From assembly GCA_025786725.1 (NCBI GenBank), contig JAHLTZ010000022.1, positions 62,001 to 126,000 on the forward strand: a stretch of DNA of 64,000 bases. The letters are read 5' to 3'. Source of the DNA: Syncephalis fuscata S228. Lineage: Eukaryota; Fungi; Zoopagomycota. Of the stretch, positions 1-14,373 are shown piece after piece. The translations under genes were made by a program, and so were the position numbers. A model generated the notes under the pieces. That model was not told where the DNA came from. It was given only the letters and a program-made list of their open reading frames with translations, and did no database searches. The first letter of the stretch is position 1. Each line of letters starts with the position of its first letter.

Positions 1-667
1 GTCGATCCATTGATACTAAGACACAATACGAACAGTTCTTAGTAGGCTTGCTTGGATCTTGTTCAATAGCAAATGTTCTATTGCTTTTTTAACAACAATA
101 AAAGCAATAATTTGATAGATTAGCTCAACAAGTAATATAGCGTATTTAAATTGATACTTTATTCAAATGTATACTATATATTTATTTTGCCACTAAATTT
201 GCTCATGTTTTATATATTATATTGAGGTTACTATTTACACAAATGATCAAATTAATACAAGGCAAAATCGATGAAGATCCATTAATTGTAGTAAAAAACT
301 TATGAAGCAATCATAGCCACTTAAGCATAAGGGTAAGTATGGAAAGTTACTTATATAATCATCGATAGTACTGGCTATGGTAAATCCACTCGTCAGCGTT
401 TAGAGCATTGTGTCGCTTAAACAATTGCCATGTATGTAATGCTATATTCAGCGCTGATGATTTGGATGGGTATAATTTTTTAAAGCGCACTACTTGGTAC
501 AAATAAAGCCATAAACACGTGGTATGTTAGAAATGGACAATAATTTATTGCGAAAATTGCAAAAAAAATACAAACATTAATGAACTTTTTTACATTTAAT
601 AGTTAATTTTTTAAATAAAGTGTAATCTAAACGCTTTGATATAAGCAATAAACAATCAATATCCGCC

Positions 668-1532
668 ATGATTATGCCAAGTACAGTTATTGCCGTTGCT
701 ACTGCCGTCTGTGCGACATTTTTAGTGGTTAATATCAGCTATGTCTCTGCTATGCCTGGCATACCTACACTATCATATTCATTAAACTATATCAGTATGT
801 ATATAAGCAAATAAATATAATACTTGGTAGTAATTAACATTTATTATCTTTTATATTATTTTATTCAAGATCAAGAATATAATGGGCTCAAGGTTACAAA
901 AGAATATAGAAATAGACATACAGCAGAAAGGTTTTTTTCTGGACATCTTAATGATGGAAGATTCAATAATCCTGTCTACGTTACATGTGGAGATGAAAGC
1001 GACAAAGAAGCAGAAACCATTTTATTTTATAAGGTAGGCTATTATTGGCGTGTTTACAAAAACCAGTGCTAAACCTTTTAATAGGATCTTATGCAAAAGA
1101 ATAGGGCAAATCTGCTTGCACCTATATTGAAACGGTATATTGCCATTCCATACGCATCTTTTAAGGTTGAAAAGATGACATGCTACATTACATCCGGTGA
1201 ATGTCGCGATAATTTGGTTGACTATCAATCACGCACTTTAGTTTCAGAAAATGGTGTTCAGCGTTTTATGCTTCATATGAATGTCATTTTAGCTGGTATG
1301 TAAATGACATGTCTAATATTGTAAATTAACAAGTTTGCCTTAGTTCGTCAGCAGATAATAAATCTTGGATGGAGTGCTCAAGCTGCGAGTAAAGGTAAAT
1401 ATTGAGCTGTATTACTAGTTAGCAAATCTAACTATTTGATACTTAGACATTTGTGTGAATGTTGATGCGGAAGGTGATCATGCATTCCTTTATGCTTTTG
1501 ATCCATTCAAGCTTACCAATGGTGTTATTTAA
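668..1532 (+). CDS. Putative secreted protein with a degenerate protein-kinase-like fold (about 5 exons)
   Basis: ATG 668 opens a hydrophobic signal peptide (MIMPSTVIAVATAVCATFLVVNISYVSA). GT-AG introns join the 824..1072 and 1091..1303 ORFs and the final exons (..NLGWSAQAASK/DICVNVDAEGDHAFLYAFDPF..*) to TAA 1530-1532. The kinase resemblance rests on motif spacing only. Confidence 0.55.
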
Positions 1533-1622
1533 ATTTAAATTTAGATTTATTATTAAAAATGAATAAAATAATATATATAGAAACATTGAGCGCAATAAAC
1601 ATCATACAGGCTACTTGGTTGT

Positions 1623-3895
1623 TTAATCGTAGTCGTTGTATTCATCATATCCATAGTCTGGCATTTCATCGTCATCTTCCTCTTCATCTTCATCTTCATC
1701 GTATTCCTCCTCTTCCTCTTCCTCCTCTTCCACTGCTGCTGCTGCTGCTGTTGCTGTTGTTGTTTCCTTTCCATCTGGTGTACTGGTTGTTGATTGCTGT
1801 TGCTGCTGACTAGTAGTCAATTCATCTACAGACGATTTGTTACTATCAGGTGATGCTACTAATGCTGCTCCTTCCGTAATATATGGTTTAACCGGTTCTA
1901 CTCCAGGTTCTTCAACCACCTCATACTTAATTGGGAATGCCATTTCTGTCTCTTCTTTTTCTATGGCTGTTGGCTCATCATCAAATAACGCATCAATCAC
2001 TGCGTAATTAATTTTACGAGAAAATCTTTTAGAGTTTAACATCTTTTTGGCCGATTCGGCGGCAGAACGAGATGACTCATCAATGGGTATATCTCCACGA
2101 CGTCGTCGCTATAATTCATCAGTAATATCAATTAATCCATTTGACATATACCGTCTAATTGTTACCTTTCTTGATGGCCGTAAAGCTGATTTTCCCTCAG
2201 CGGCTTCTCGTTTTGCCCGTTCTAATTACACATCATTAATCAGCTACTATTTAATACAGTATACTTTATACAACTTACCAGCCATTTTCTCAATGTAATC
2301 ACGATTATTCTCTTCCCAGATCTCAGTTTTTACTGCCACTTCATCTTTAGTCAAAAATATTTGCTCGATTTCATCATCATCAACATCACTCCAGTTTTCT
2401 ACATTTTCATCAACTAATAACATGCCAGTTAATAAGTAGAATACAATCGTTGCTATAAATCACGTACTATTGTCGTCTTTGTATTCACGCGGCACCGATC
2501 CAGTCATTGATACTAAAGCACTGGCTGCTTCCTTCAACAAAGCATGTGACGTGCTATCCACGGTGGCACTACCAATAATTTCCGATGTAACCGGCTTCAT
2601 ACGCAGTTTGCCCATTGTAAATGCCGGTGGGTCACACGCTTCTTCAAGTGACATGGTCTGAAAGTCAGCCATAGTCAATTTACTAGAAGGTGTTGCCATA
2701 AACTCTTCCATTCTAATTGATTAATAGCAAATGTAAATTACTTATTAAATGACTTTGTTATAGTAAATCGTACCGTCTTTTCAGCGTAGCATCACCAATC
2801 TTAACTACACGCATTACTTCAGCGGTTGTTCGCCGGAAATCATGCATTCTTGCCGCAATCAATAGGCCTAAATACATAAACAGTAGTTAGCCATGTTAAA
2901 GCTTAATCCCATCGTATTATATTTCTTACATGCACCACAAATACCCGCTGGACGTCTTCCCGTCTGGATCCAGTCACGATTCATACGCTGTACCAAACGT
3001 AATGCATCTGCTGCTACCGTAGGAGTTGCATCGCCAAATTCCAACATTGCAGCAAATCGATGGATATAAATCGATGGATCCACTAGCGGTAAACGTAGAT
3101 TTAGTTCTTTAACTAGTTTAAGAAATGTGTTGCCCAGTGAAAACACATTGATCTAAATGTACGCTGGCTTAATACCGTATAGTATAGTCATTAAAGCTGT
3201 CAAATCTTACCTGGAGTACATCAGAGAAATCAATCAACATATGGCTTGTACGTTCCATACGACAAGCAATATACAAACAGGCTGCACCGACGCTTTGTGT
3301 AGTACGTCCTCGAGTGAAATTATATGCCAGTGCCAGGTTGAAATATCTTTGTGCAGCGTCAACGTATCGTTCTGAAATACGTAATGCCGTAGCCAGTGCT
3401 TGAATACGACGACGCCCTAATATTTCATTAATAGTATGCATTGTATTATTAGTAAATATATTAACTTGGCCGATAATATCTACAATTCACCGTCTATACA
3501 CTTACCGTTGGCTATACTTTGTTCTCGTGACTCTAGCGTTGTTTGACGTCGATTCAATCCGAAAGAAACAGCCCGTCCTAGTTATTAATACGCCGTTTAG
3601 CTACACTCTCGCTTTATTTCTGCCAGTAGCTGTATAGCACTATTCCTGCTAATCTTACCCTGACCAGCACTAATATACGAGCCCATTAATACTGCGGCAC
3701 CATTGGATTTCTCGCCAAACTCCACCTCCTTCGACAAAGCGTTCTCTTCAAAGACCTAGAAACAAAACAGCTGTTTATTCACCGCTCATTGTCTACAAAT
3801 CGACGTATACTTACAATGCCACATTGCACGCAAAATGCATTGCCCTGAGCATCATCGTGCTCAAACGTGTTGCCGCCACAACCTTTGCACGGCAT
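1623..3895 (-). CDS. BRF1: TFIIIB subunit Brf1 (TFIIB-related factor), multi-exon
   Basis: N-terminal Zn ribbon [13 protein letters not shown]; cyclin repeats ([35 protein letters not shown]); C-terminal SRKINY motif and acidic tail. Confidence 0.93.
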
Positions 3896-4160
3896 ATTAG
3901 ACGTGAAACGGACAGGTTGTTAAATGGTAAGTATGCAGTAACAATCACAGCACAAATTCAATAAAAGAAAAACCTCATTCGGTAGTTGAAACTTTTTGTT
4001 TTATTTTATTCTGTAATAGCAACACGCCGTCTAACAACAAACGTAGTAATAACAAGAGTGGAGAGGGCGTGGTCGCCGTTGATATACGAGTTAGAATAAG
4101 CGACTAGAGCGCTTAAACAATAATAAACGTGAATGCTAAAGAGACGGTAAAGAATTGACC

Positions 4161-5084
4161 ATGACTGACCCAGCTGCTCAAGAAGCGTATCTAGTTTCCG
4201 CTTCACTTAACTCGGACGATATTGGCAACGAGGTTGAAGACGACTATTTCAACGATGATGACACGCTTGACTTTGATGCTATGACAAGCGCACTTGAAAT
4301 AACTGAACAAAACTTTTTATCCCAACAGCAACAAACATCAAGATCAAAAGAGTATATAGGCGAAAGTAATGATGGTGATACACAGCATCGCGAATTGACA
4401 TCTACCCAAGTAAGTTGTACTTATAGCTATAATACTTTTCATTAGTATTGTAGAGTAATAGCATTAACATTGAGCATAATTTAATTTATATTTGTATAGA
4501 CACTACGCATTCCAATGACACAACCAGCGATAAGTCCATTGGAAATGAATATCTTACAAAAAGATGGAGAAATATCGATACTACGACAGAAATTGTTGCA
4601 AGTAAGTGCTGGTGTAATTAAAAGTGCTATCTATTTATTAACAGCTTATTGAATAGACGACCGACCAACTAGCAATGCTACAGCAGGAATTAACAACGCT
4701 AAAAGAAACAACACACCAGGAACGACAAGAGCGCGAACGAGAATATCATCGAGAGAAGAGTGGATTGGAGGTTCAATTGCAATTTGCAGTAAGTAATACT
4801 ACTACAGCCATTATAACAATAATAATAGGCATATTTATGAATTATATTAATTTACGTAATTGTATTTATAATAGAAATTGGAACAAGGTGCTCATGCTAT
4901 GAATGGAAAATTAATAGCCAGCAAAAGCAAAAGCAAGCCACCACCACCACCACCACCATTACCCTCATCCTCTCCTGCCTTTAACGATTCTTTTCCAGAA
5001 CCATCTAAATATTGCACTTTTAAAGAACAGTATCAAGAAAAACGACAGCATTGGCGCCACTTTCAATCGCTTAAATACTTGTAA
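4161..5084 (+). CDS. Short coiled-coil protein resembling the ATRIP/Rad26/Lcd1 N-terminus
   Basis: Acidic N-terminus (DDYFNDDDTLD). Spliced exons give LQKDGEISILRQKLLQ...QERQEREREYHREKSGLEVQLQFA, similar to the ATRIP coiled coil (K-x-GEI-x-ILR...LQF). Confidence 0.5.
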
Positions 5085-5186
5085 TAAACATTATGTAATA
5101 AATAATATCAACTATTAAAAAGTGGTGGTTAAATCAATCTTTACTTTAATTAATCTCAACTTTTCTTTAATAGCTCCAAAGTCATT

Positions 5187-6156
5187 ATGTCAGGGACAAC
5201 AAAAAAGTTACTCATTCCTTCAAGTGTAGACCAGACACTACTAGATGTATGTCTAACTATACCTGGAAATACGGACACTCGAATAGGACAACCAGCCGTT
5301 CTAATAACGCATCCATATGGTCCACTTGGTAAGAGACAATAGTAGTTGGCAGTATGGATTGTATACCAAATAGTATATGACTCGTATATACAGGCGGCAA
5401 TAGTCATAATAATGTAGTGCAAGCACTTCGATACCACTTTGTTGAACGGGGCTATGTAGCGGTTACGCTGAATTTCCGGTAATTTGTTGGTTCGACCATA
5501 GACGCAAGACTAGCATTATTAACACTAGTATCTAGGGGCTGTGGTCGTTCAAAAGGACGTACTAGCTGGCGTGGCCAGTCGGAAAACGAAGATTTAAACA
5601 CAATTGTCAAGATTATCTGTTCAGGTCAATGGCCAACTGAGAACAATAGCACACAAGCTATACCACTACTATTTCCTCCGTCTCGTTTACTGATATGTGT
5701 AAGTAAATAGGAAATGACAATAATATACCATTCAAATAATAACTTATTTATTACAACCATTCATCAACTATTAATTAGGGATATTCTTATGGTGCCATGA
5801 TTGCCGGTGCTGTAGATCCAGATGCCGTTAATAATATACCATTTACTATGGTACTTATTAGTTATCCGTGTAGTGTTACGTGGTTTCTTACATTTGGACG
5901 GTCTAGCTACTTTTACGATGCATTAAAACAATGGCTGTCACGCTCGCCTACTCCGCCTATTTTAGCAGTATGTGGCAATCAAGATCAATTTACATCGACA
6001 AAATCATATCAACGATGGATACAGTCGTTAACTGAGACAAATGCCGATGGCATAACACTAAGAATACTGCCTTCAGTGGATCATTTCTGGTTTGGACATG
6101 AAAACGAATTACTTCAATTAATACAAGATTGGCTCGATACAATTACAAATGAATAA
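5187..6156 (+). CDS. Alpha/beta hydrolase (COG2945-like)
   Basis: THPYGPL-GG...NNVV; LNFRGCGRSKG; nucleophile elbow GYSYG; DQF and DHFW catalytic Asp/His motifs. Confidence 0.85.
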
Positions 6157-6172
6157 ACATACATTTTTTATT

Positions 6173-8065
6173 TTATGGCGTAGCTGATTGTATAATACCA
6201 CAGCCAAGACACTCTTCTCCTTGGTAGACAACAATAAACTATCGAATTGTAAGTTGATTGATTAGAGAATGTGACCGCAGTAATAGTGGCTAACAACTTA
6301 CCTGTCCAGGTGCCGGTGCTCGTACCGGTTGTATAAAATAAACTTTAGCTTGATCGTTATTTCTATTTGTTTATTTCATTAGCGATATTAATCAATCAGT
6401 TAATTATAGTGCTTAAATAGTACTTACCCCACTTCAATATAACATTTTTCAGCTAATAGTTAGTTACATAGTCGGTTAGTTAGTGCCAAAATTAGAATTA
6501 AATAGATTAGTTTACCTATTGCTTGTTGATATCTTATCTTTGCTTCTACTAAACCACCTAATGTAATATGTAAATCATTGGGTTATCATATAAACTCAAT
6601 AGTATATCTACCTTGTTTAATAACATCTGGACATGATTGTTGGATCCATTGCCAATGGCCCACTTGAATAGTAGAAGAGAATAAATTTGGATGATGTCTA
6701 TATTATAACGTTATTATTCTATTCTATATAGTGTAAGTAAATACCTACGTTCCTGGCACAACAAATATTTGATTCTTGGTTATATCTTTACGACTAACAA
6801 ACCATCTAATAGTGCCAATAAATAGTCGTAATGATTAGATGTATTAGGTAAATCGACCACTATTCAATCATGTAACATTTAGCTTACTTTTCATTACCAT
6901 AGCAAATGGTTGCTCGTTGACCAATAGTCCAAGAGAAAATGCCTTGATGTGTGCCTAGTAAAATGTAATTATAGATCACCGTAATAGAGCAAATGACATA
7001 AATTACCAATAGATTGTCCGTTGGTGCAATAACTGGCCCTGGTGTCTGTGGCAAGTACTCGCCTAACATAACCGCATTATGTATTATTATATATATGTAT
7101 TATGTATTATATTCAAGTTATCCGTATAAACCTACCAAGAAATTGATTAAATTTACGTCTCTGTCCTACAAAACAAATACCCATACTCTCGTCTTTCTCG
7201 GCCGTTGAGAGTCTATTCTCTCGAGCAATCGATCGAATTTGTTTCTTAGTTAGATCTCCTAATGGAAATATAACCTCGATAGCCAATGTTAATATAAACA
7301 GCTATTCTAATTGCCACTCTCGCTATTCATCAATCGATTAGACTCTTACTTGTTGAAGTTGAGTACGAGAGACACCGCTTAAGTAATAAGACTGATCTTT
7401 ACTACTATCGATGCCTAATAGGCTTATAATTATCATGTCATCAATATAATCATAGTAATTTACCTTTTAATAAATGAGCTTGCTTCTGTGCATCATATCC
7501 AATACGGGCATAATGACCTAATGTACATTAGTACTGTTTAATCTATTTGAGCCACATCTACTATTATTACCAGTAGCAAACCAGTTATTTTTTAATACAC
7601 ATCGATCAAGTAATACACCAAATTTAATTTCTCGATTACAAGCAATATCAGGATTGGGCGTGATACCTGCTGCATAATCATCCAGTGTTTGCATAAACAC
7701 ACGCGTCCAATATTCTTTTACGAAATTCATCTAATTACAACGTACTTAATACAATATTATAATTACTAAATAACAATCAATACCTGTCGACATGGTATAG
7801 ACAATTGACGACATACAGTTTGTACATCTCTCCAGTCGCGTTCACCTGGACACTCGCCGCCTTCTTCAATATTATCCCAATTCTTCATAAAAACACCTTC
7901 AACATGAGCCCCCTTTTTATTTTTATTTTTATGTATATATTCCTTTTATGTTAGTTATCTACTCAAAGTATAATGGTATACTTTGACAACTTACATGTTG
8001 TTTTAATAGAAATGCTGCTACACTTGAGTCAACACCGCCTGACATACCCAGCACCACTAATAGAT

Positions 8066-8118
<53 letters not shown>

Positions 8119-8203
8119 GTAGTAGTAGTAGTAGTTATTGCACCTCAAACTATTCATTACCTCGTTTACCAGCCACTGCTGCCAACCGAGGAATACGTAA
8201 CAT
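6173..8203 (-). CDS. SLM3: Mitochondrial tRNA-specific 2-thiouridylase (MnmA/TRMU/Slm3), many small exons
   Basis: [14 protein letters not shown]-loop, [53 protein letters not shown]. Confidence 0.92.
8070..8134. repeat. (AAT)n(AGT)n microsatellite in intron 1 of the MnmA gene
   Basis: Uninterrupted trinucleotide runs seen directly. Confidence 0.9.
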
Positions 8204-8310
8204 ATTTGTAGTTAAAATCTATAAAAAAAAAGAAAAAAGAAAACATTTGAATTCCTACTACTTGTTTTTATGTTCTTGCTACTTTGTCAATAATATCGCG
8301 TTAATACATC

Positions 8311-11003
8311 ATGAATTACGATAGTTATGTGAACAACAACAATGACGCGACAAGCACAGGACATTGTGGTGTTCACGTAACATTGCGCCTAGTAAGCGGT
8401 ACTGACGACGAGTTGGCTGCTCAAATATTAGCTACACTGTCGACAACACCACCTGCACCACAGTCGCTTGCTTTGTTAAACGGACATGAATTGCTAAAAA
8501 GACAATTAAATAAAAGAAGGTTAGAAATAGCGAGAATGTCAAGATTGCCAGCTAATGGTCTGTATAAAATAGCTGTTGTAGGTATGCAAGTTGGTCTTAG
8601 ATGGTATAACACTTTGGTACAAGTTGTAGTAGAGAAGATGGAACTATTACTAGAAGATATCGACAATACAAGCAATGCTACCACTAGCAATGATAATAGC
8701 GGTGTAGATGCTTTGACATTGTATATGAATCGACTTAATATTAAAAGCAAGCAAATGGCTGTAATAACTTCAGTTGTTGTTGATAAAACAGTACAATTTA
8801 CGATGGAGTTACCGCAATCGATACAAGCATTTGAGGAATTATCAATAATGGCCCAACAAATTTATACTCGATTAGCAAGTATGGTAAAAGCCATGAATTC
8901 ATTAACTCGATTAAATATGAAATCATCTCCAATTCTGCTAATTACCGGAGCAGTTGATCAACAATACACACAACAACATATAAGGTAGATTAATTACTAT
9001 TCTATCTTATTTATCAACTAATATTAGGGAGTAGGGAGGCGGCACATCAGTTACAATTACGACTGTTTACGTATTCAGTCGTTAAATTGTATTATCGACA
9101 ACTAGATGATGCTGCAGAAGAGGAAAAGATGTTGAGTTGTGGCGTACACTACATATGGCATTGTCTACAGCACCGGCCGTTTTACTTTTAACTGGTATCG
9201 ATTTATTAGCCAAGAATATTAATACTGAATCTGATGCTAGTCACCGTGTAATTAAACAATTGACCACTGCGTTTGCTAAACTACACGGCGATACACGTTT
9301 AATTATTGTGTGTGTGGCAAGTCATCCGGATAAATTACCACCAGAATTAGGTCGATGGCTTGAACAACGATTGGTACTAGCACCTCTTGATAGGTAATAT
9401 GGATGCATTATAATGGTTATTATAGAAAAAATAGATGCTAATAGTATTTAGAATAAAACGAGCTACTTTAATTAAACAGATATGGTCTACAGAGATTGAG
9501 ACGATCAGTCAACAGTGGCACAAGTGGCACAGGTATGTGTTGAATACGTTAAACAATAGACTAATTAACATTTGTTGATTATAAGATGTTATCCGGTGAT
9601 AATGAACAAGAGATTCGGCGTCTTTGTCGACATGCTGCTCTTTTACATCGTATAACACCATGGTAATACTCGACTATATAAATACAATTAATATTGATAC
9701 CAATGTTATATAGTTTGCCACAGAATACCTCTCCTTTATTGATGAAGGCAGCCTATGAACTACACCCACCTGTATCATCACTCTTATTTGAACCAGTACT
9801 ATTTCCCCGTAGAGATCGTCCACTAGTAGGGTAAATAGAAATATACATACACATATATAAGAGTAGAAATAATACGTATTTATAAATGAATAGCTATAAA
9901 AAAATACGCCAACAATTAAATCGTTTATTAAGCCTTGCTTTAATACATCCTGAAGTATCGGTACGTTTTGGTGTTAAACCACCTTCAGGTGCATTATTAT
10001 ACGGCCCACCAGGTAAATAAATCAGCAATACTATAAAAATCAACTATTTAACAAATGATTAGGTTGTGGTAAAACATGGCTAGCTAAAGAGATCATTGGC
10101 CAATTAGGCATGCATGTTATTGTAGCTCGAGGGTAGGCACACGACTATTACATTCAATATACTCACTATCATTATTAGAACACAACTATTTTCAAAATAC
10201 TTTGGAGAAACAGAGGAAAAATTAAGACAGTTGTTTAGAGCTGCTCGACAACATGCACCATGTATTGTATTTCTTGATGAAGTGGATGCTCTAGGCACAC
10301 AACGAGGTAATTTTCAGTTATCTACACGTCTATCTATTAATACAAATATATATATATACATAATGCTATACTGTAGATCTAACAGATGGTGAAGCAGGAG
10401 GCAAGGTACAAGAACGACTACTTAGTACACTACTTAATGAAATGGATGGTATTAGCGGTAATACTGGTCTATTTGTACTAGCTTGCACCAACCGACCTGA
10501 TCGTGTTGATGATGCTTTATTACGACCAGGTAAATAGATATGCTAAATAATAGATGCATCACTCTAACTAATATATATATATATGTACATATATATATTA
10601 TCAATCTCTATTCAGGTAGATTAGACCATCTATTATACGTCAATCTACCCAATAAGGGTGATCGTGCAGCTATTCTTCAATGGCATGCTACTTCATTTAC
10701 ATGTCCACAAGTTGATTGGGATTTAATTGCTGAAGAAACTGAATCATTTACTTGTGGTGGTCTAGCTCAATTAGTTCGGTAAATAGAGCAATAAATATTC
10801 CTATTTATTAGTATAATAACAATACTGGCCAATATAGAGAGGCAGCATTACTTGCTATACGAGAAACACGTACAGTCACACCAGTATTACCACAACATTT
10901 ATGGAAGGCATTAAAGCGATTGGTGTATCGGCACGTAAAGGAATGAATATGGAAATGGTTAAAGCATATCAACGATTTAATCAACATAATGAACACCATT
11001 AAC
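8311..11003 (+). CDS. CDC48/AFG2-like double AAA+ ATPase (degenerate D1, intact D2)
   Basis: GALLYGPPGCGKT; YFGETEEKLRQLFRAARQHAPCIVFLDEVD; RLLSTLLNEMDG; ACTNRPDRVDDALLRPGRLD. The 3' end is 10947 or 11003 depending on an indel. Confidence 0.8.
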
Positions 11004-11024
11004 CCAACATTAATACAATATTTA

Positions 11025-14000
11025 TTATTGGCTTTTATCAACTGATGAAGATGCTTCAATGCTGGCCTTTTCACTCTCTTCCTTTAACTGTTTCATCCAC
11101 ATATCATAATAATGACCATCGGTACGTTTCATTAAATCAGCATGAGTGCCTGATTCAATGATTTGACCATCTTCCATAACAAATATCTGTTCAGCATGTA
11201 CAATAGTTGACAATCGATGGGCAATAATAAGTGTGGTGCGATTCTTGGTTACTTGTTGTAAGGCAGATTGAATATTTCGTTCAGTATGTGTCTAATAACA
11301 AACAAACAAACAAACAAATAAATAAATAAATATACATACTAGTAGTAATACGGATATTACTTACATCCAATGCTGATGTTGCCTCATCCAATAGCACAAT
11401 AGGTGGGTCCTATATAATTAATGTTAATTGGTATCTATAAATTCAATTTACTCAATAATACCTTTAATAATGTACGGGCAATCGCTACACGTTGCTTCTC
11501 TCCACCACTTAGTCTTAATCCTCGTTCACCTACACGTGTTTCATAGCCTAGTAATAATAGATTGCTATTAATAATAAATATTGCCATATAATTATTATAT
11601 TACCATCGGGGAAATGAAGAATCCTAGAATGAATTTGTGCAGATTCTGCCGCTTGACGTACTCTACTATCGGTGGCAGTTACTTTACCATACCGAATATT
11701 GTATTCAATTGTATCGTTAAATAATACTGTATCCTATTGGTCAATTATTAGTATTAGGTATTTGTTTGTTTAGTTGATAAGTAATCACCTGTGGTACAAC
11801 ACCAATATTGGCTCGTAGATCTTTTTGACGAACAAAACGGATATCCTGTCCATCAATCTTGATACAGCCATCGTCCACATCGTAAAAACGGAATAATAGA
11901 CGTAATAGTGTACTTTTACCTGCACCACTTGCACCCACCTAAATACATCATAGATTAGAATGTATATTTAATGAACAGCCTATTATTTGACTTACAAATG
12001 CCACAGTAGTACCACCAGGTACTATAAATGACAGATTGCGTAGCACTGGTTGACGTGAATCGTATCCGAATGACACATTCTCTAATAATAGATTGGTATA
12101 AATAGCATTCTATTATCCAATGAAATTAAATGACTTACTGAATTCAACTGTGCCATCAGAAATGATTAATGGTGCTGCATCGGGTAGATCTTGTACTTCG
12201 ACATGAACTTCAAATAGTTCAAGCATCTTTTCCATATCAATAAAATTTCTTTGCATCATACTATTTATACAATGTAATTAGCGATTATTACTAATATTAT
12301 ATCCATTTATACATTACCGATAATAGGTACCGAACCTAATTAATATTAATACATCATTTTATTAGTATAGCTATATTACATTTACCACCTTTGTAACTTA
12401 CCAATTAAGAGGCACATAAAGCTGTGTAATATAACTGAGATACAGTACAACATCACCAACAGTCATTGTACCGACAACAACCCGATGAGCACATACAAGA
12501 CAGCCAACAAGTAGACCAGTTTGGATAATAATATTCTGTGCCGAATTCAATACATTTAAACTGGCCGAGCTTTTCCACGATGCATATTGATACTTGCGCA
12601 ATGCCTCTCGTACTGATCAACTTCAAACTTCTCTGCACCATAATATTTAACCGTTTCAAAATTGAGTAACGAGTCAACTGCCCGTGCCTCCATGGCATTA
12701 TCCGATTCATTGGTTTCCCGTCTAAACTGCATTCGCCAATCGGTAATAGCAATAGTAGCCATTATATATGATGACATGGTTGCCAATACAACACTAGCAA
12801 AGTAGAGATCAAATGTGTAGGCAAAGTAGAAACAGGCCACGGCAATATCAATAAGCGTAGGTACCAATTGAAATACAATTGCTTGTAATAACGATACAAT
12901 ACTTTGTACACCTCGATCTATAATGTAATAAAATACCAAATGAGTATTACTATATTATATTAAACATGGTAGATCTATCATTAATTGGCTTACCTTGCAC
13001 GCGTAATACTTCACCCGTTTTACGATTCATATGATAGCGTAGTGATAAGCTAGTTATTGTTAAGCCAAATATCTAATTACTCAAAATGTTATATCCACTT
13101 ACCTATGAAGATGTTCAAACATCTTAATTGCTACTTCTCGTGTTGTATACTGTTACAATGATCAATCGGTGTAATTATACAATAGTACTCTCTTCTTACC
13201 TGTCCCACAGGGATCCATAAAAACGTTTGAGCTGTAGCAATAACACCAACGTTACCTTGTAGAAATCGTAGACCTACAAACCACAGTATTTCTTTCCATG
13301 CAAATGTGGGCGTATCACCACTACCGCCCAATCGATCCACTACTATTTTATACTGCATCGGTACCATGACATTGACCACACGTCCAATAAACAATAGACT
13401 GCCACATATAATAATAAGCACTTGAAGTCGGAGATCATTTTTGGGCCACATGAATGGCAATAAGGTGCGCATTCGTTGAATATATTCATCCCAACCAACG
13501 CCGCCCTGTTGATTTGTTGCGGCATTTGGCTTTGGTTTCGGTAGACCACGCGTGCCCGTTTCAAGTCCATCGGCTAGCGGCTCGTCATCTGGTGTTGGAT
13601 TAATAGCTGCTTGATAAGCATCTGACAAACGGTAATTATTCCATGCAACACGCACTACAATAACCAATATGGTTTGGAAAATGCCCCTAGCAACAAGCAA
13701 TGCAACATCCCATCCATTAGGTGCCCATGCAGCCAATGTAGGATCCTGTTCTTTTTCATCTTCTTTAACTATCCAGCGTGTTATGTCAGATGCACATTCA
13801 ATCCACGTGCATAAACATACAGCAACAAATGTGAAACGAGTAAAACACCAGCCTATTACATGGCCATCAGATAATCGCATGCTGATTATAAATAGTATCC
13901 AAGCGATTGTTTGTAAAGGCAGTGCTACGAACAGATAAGTTGGTGGTGACCATTGCGTTTCCAAATAATGTTGCAGTAGAAACATGAAAGAAACGAGTGT

Positions 14001-14373
14001 GATAGCTATAATAGTCGAGTGTAGTGATAGTATAGCATCGTTAAATGGCATAGGCGGTTTCGTCGACATAGCCATGCTTGGTACTGTTGGTGATAATAAT
14101 GGTGCTTCATGATCGTGTTGTTCTATACTAGCGATAAGTAACAGTGTAGTTGGCTATAATAAACGTATACTTACCGGAATTGCGTGCGGACGCTAAATGT
14201 TCAAGCAATTGTTGGTGACGGCGATATTCACGTCGGCGCACCCACCACAAACGAAGTGTTAGCAATAGTGCACCAGCAAATGTAATGCTAGCCGTGGCCG
14301 TTTCTAATGCTGGATATGGCACTAGCCAAGGTCTGTCCTTTACTAATAACTCGTCAGTGTTGTTGGCGCTCAT
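11025..14373 (-). CDS. HMT1: Half-size ABC transporter HMT1/ABCB6 type (heavy-metal tolerance)
   Basis: N-terminal TM extension; [12 protein letters not shown]; GASGAGKST; [13 protein letters not shown]; [10 protein letters not shown]; IAHRLST. Apparent 1-nt frameshift near 12600. Confidence 0.9.

Noticed and set aside
1553-1813. Poly-Q and poly-L ORFs overlapping the BRF1 3' end
   Set aside because: They are alternative-frame or antisense readings of the low-complexity acidic tail of BRF1.
12556-12601. Programmed ribosomal frameshifting in HMT1 and other genes
   Set aside because: No consistent slippery site; scattered indels are more simply explained as assembly errors.
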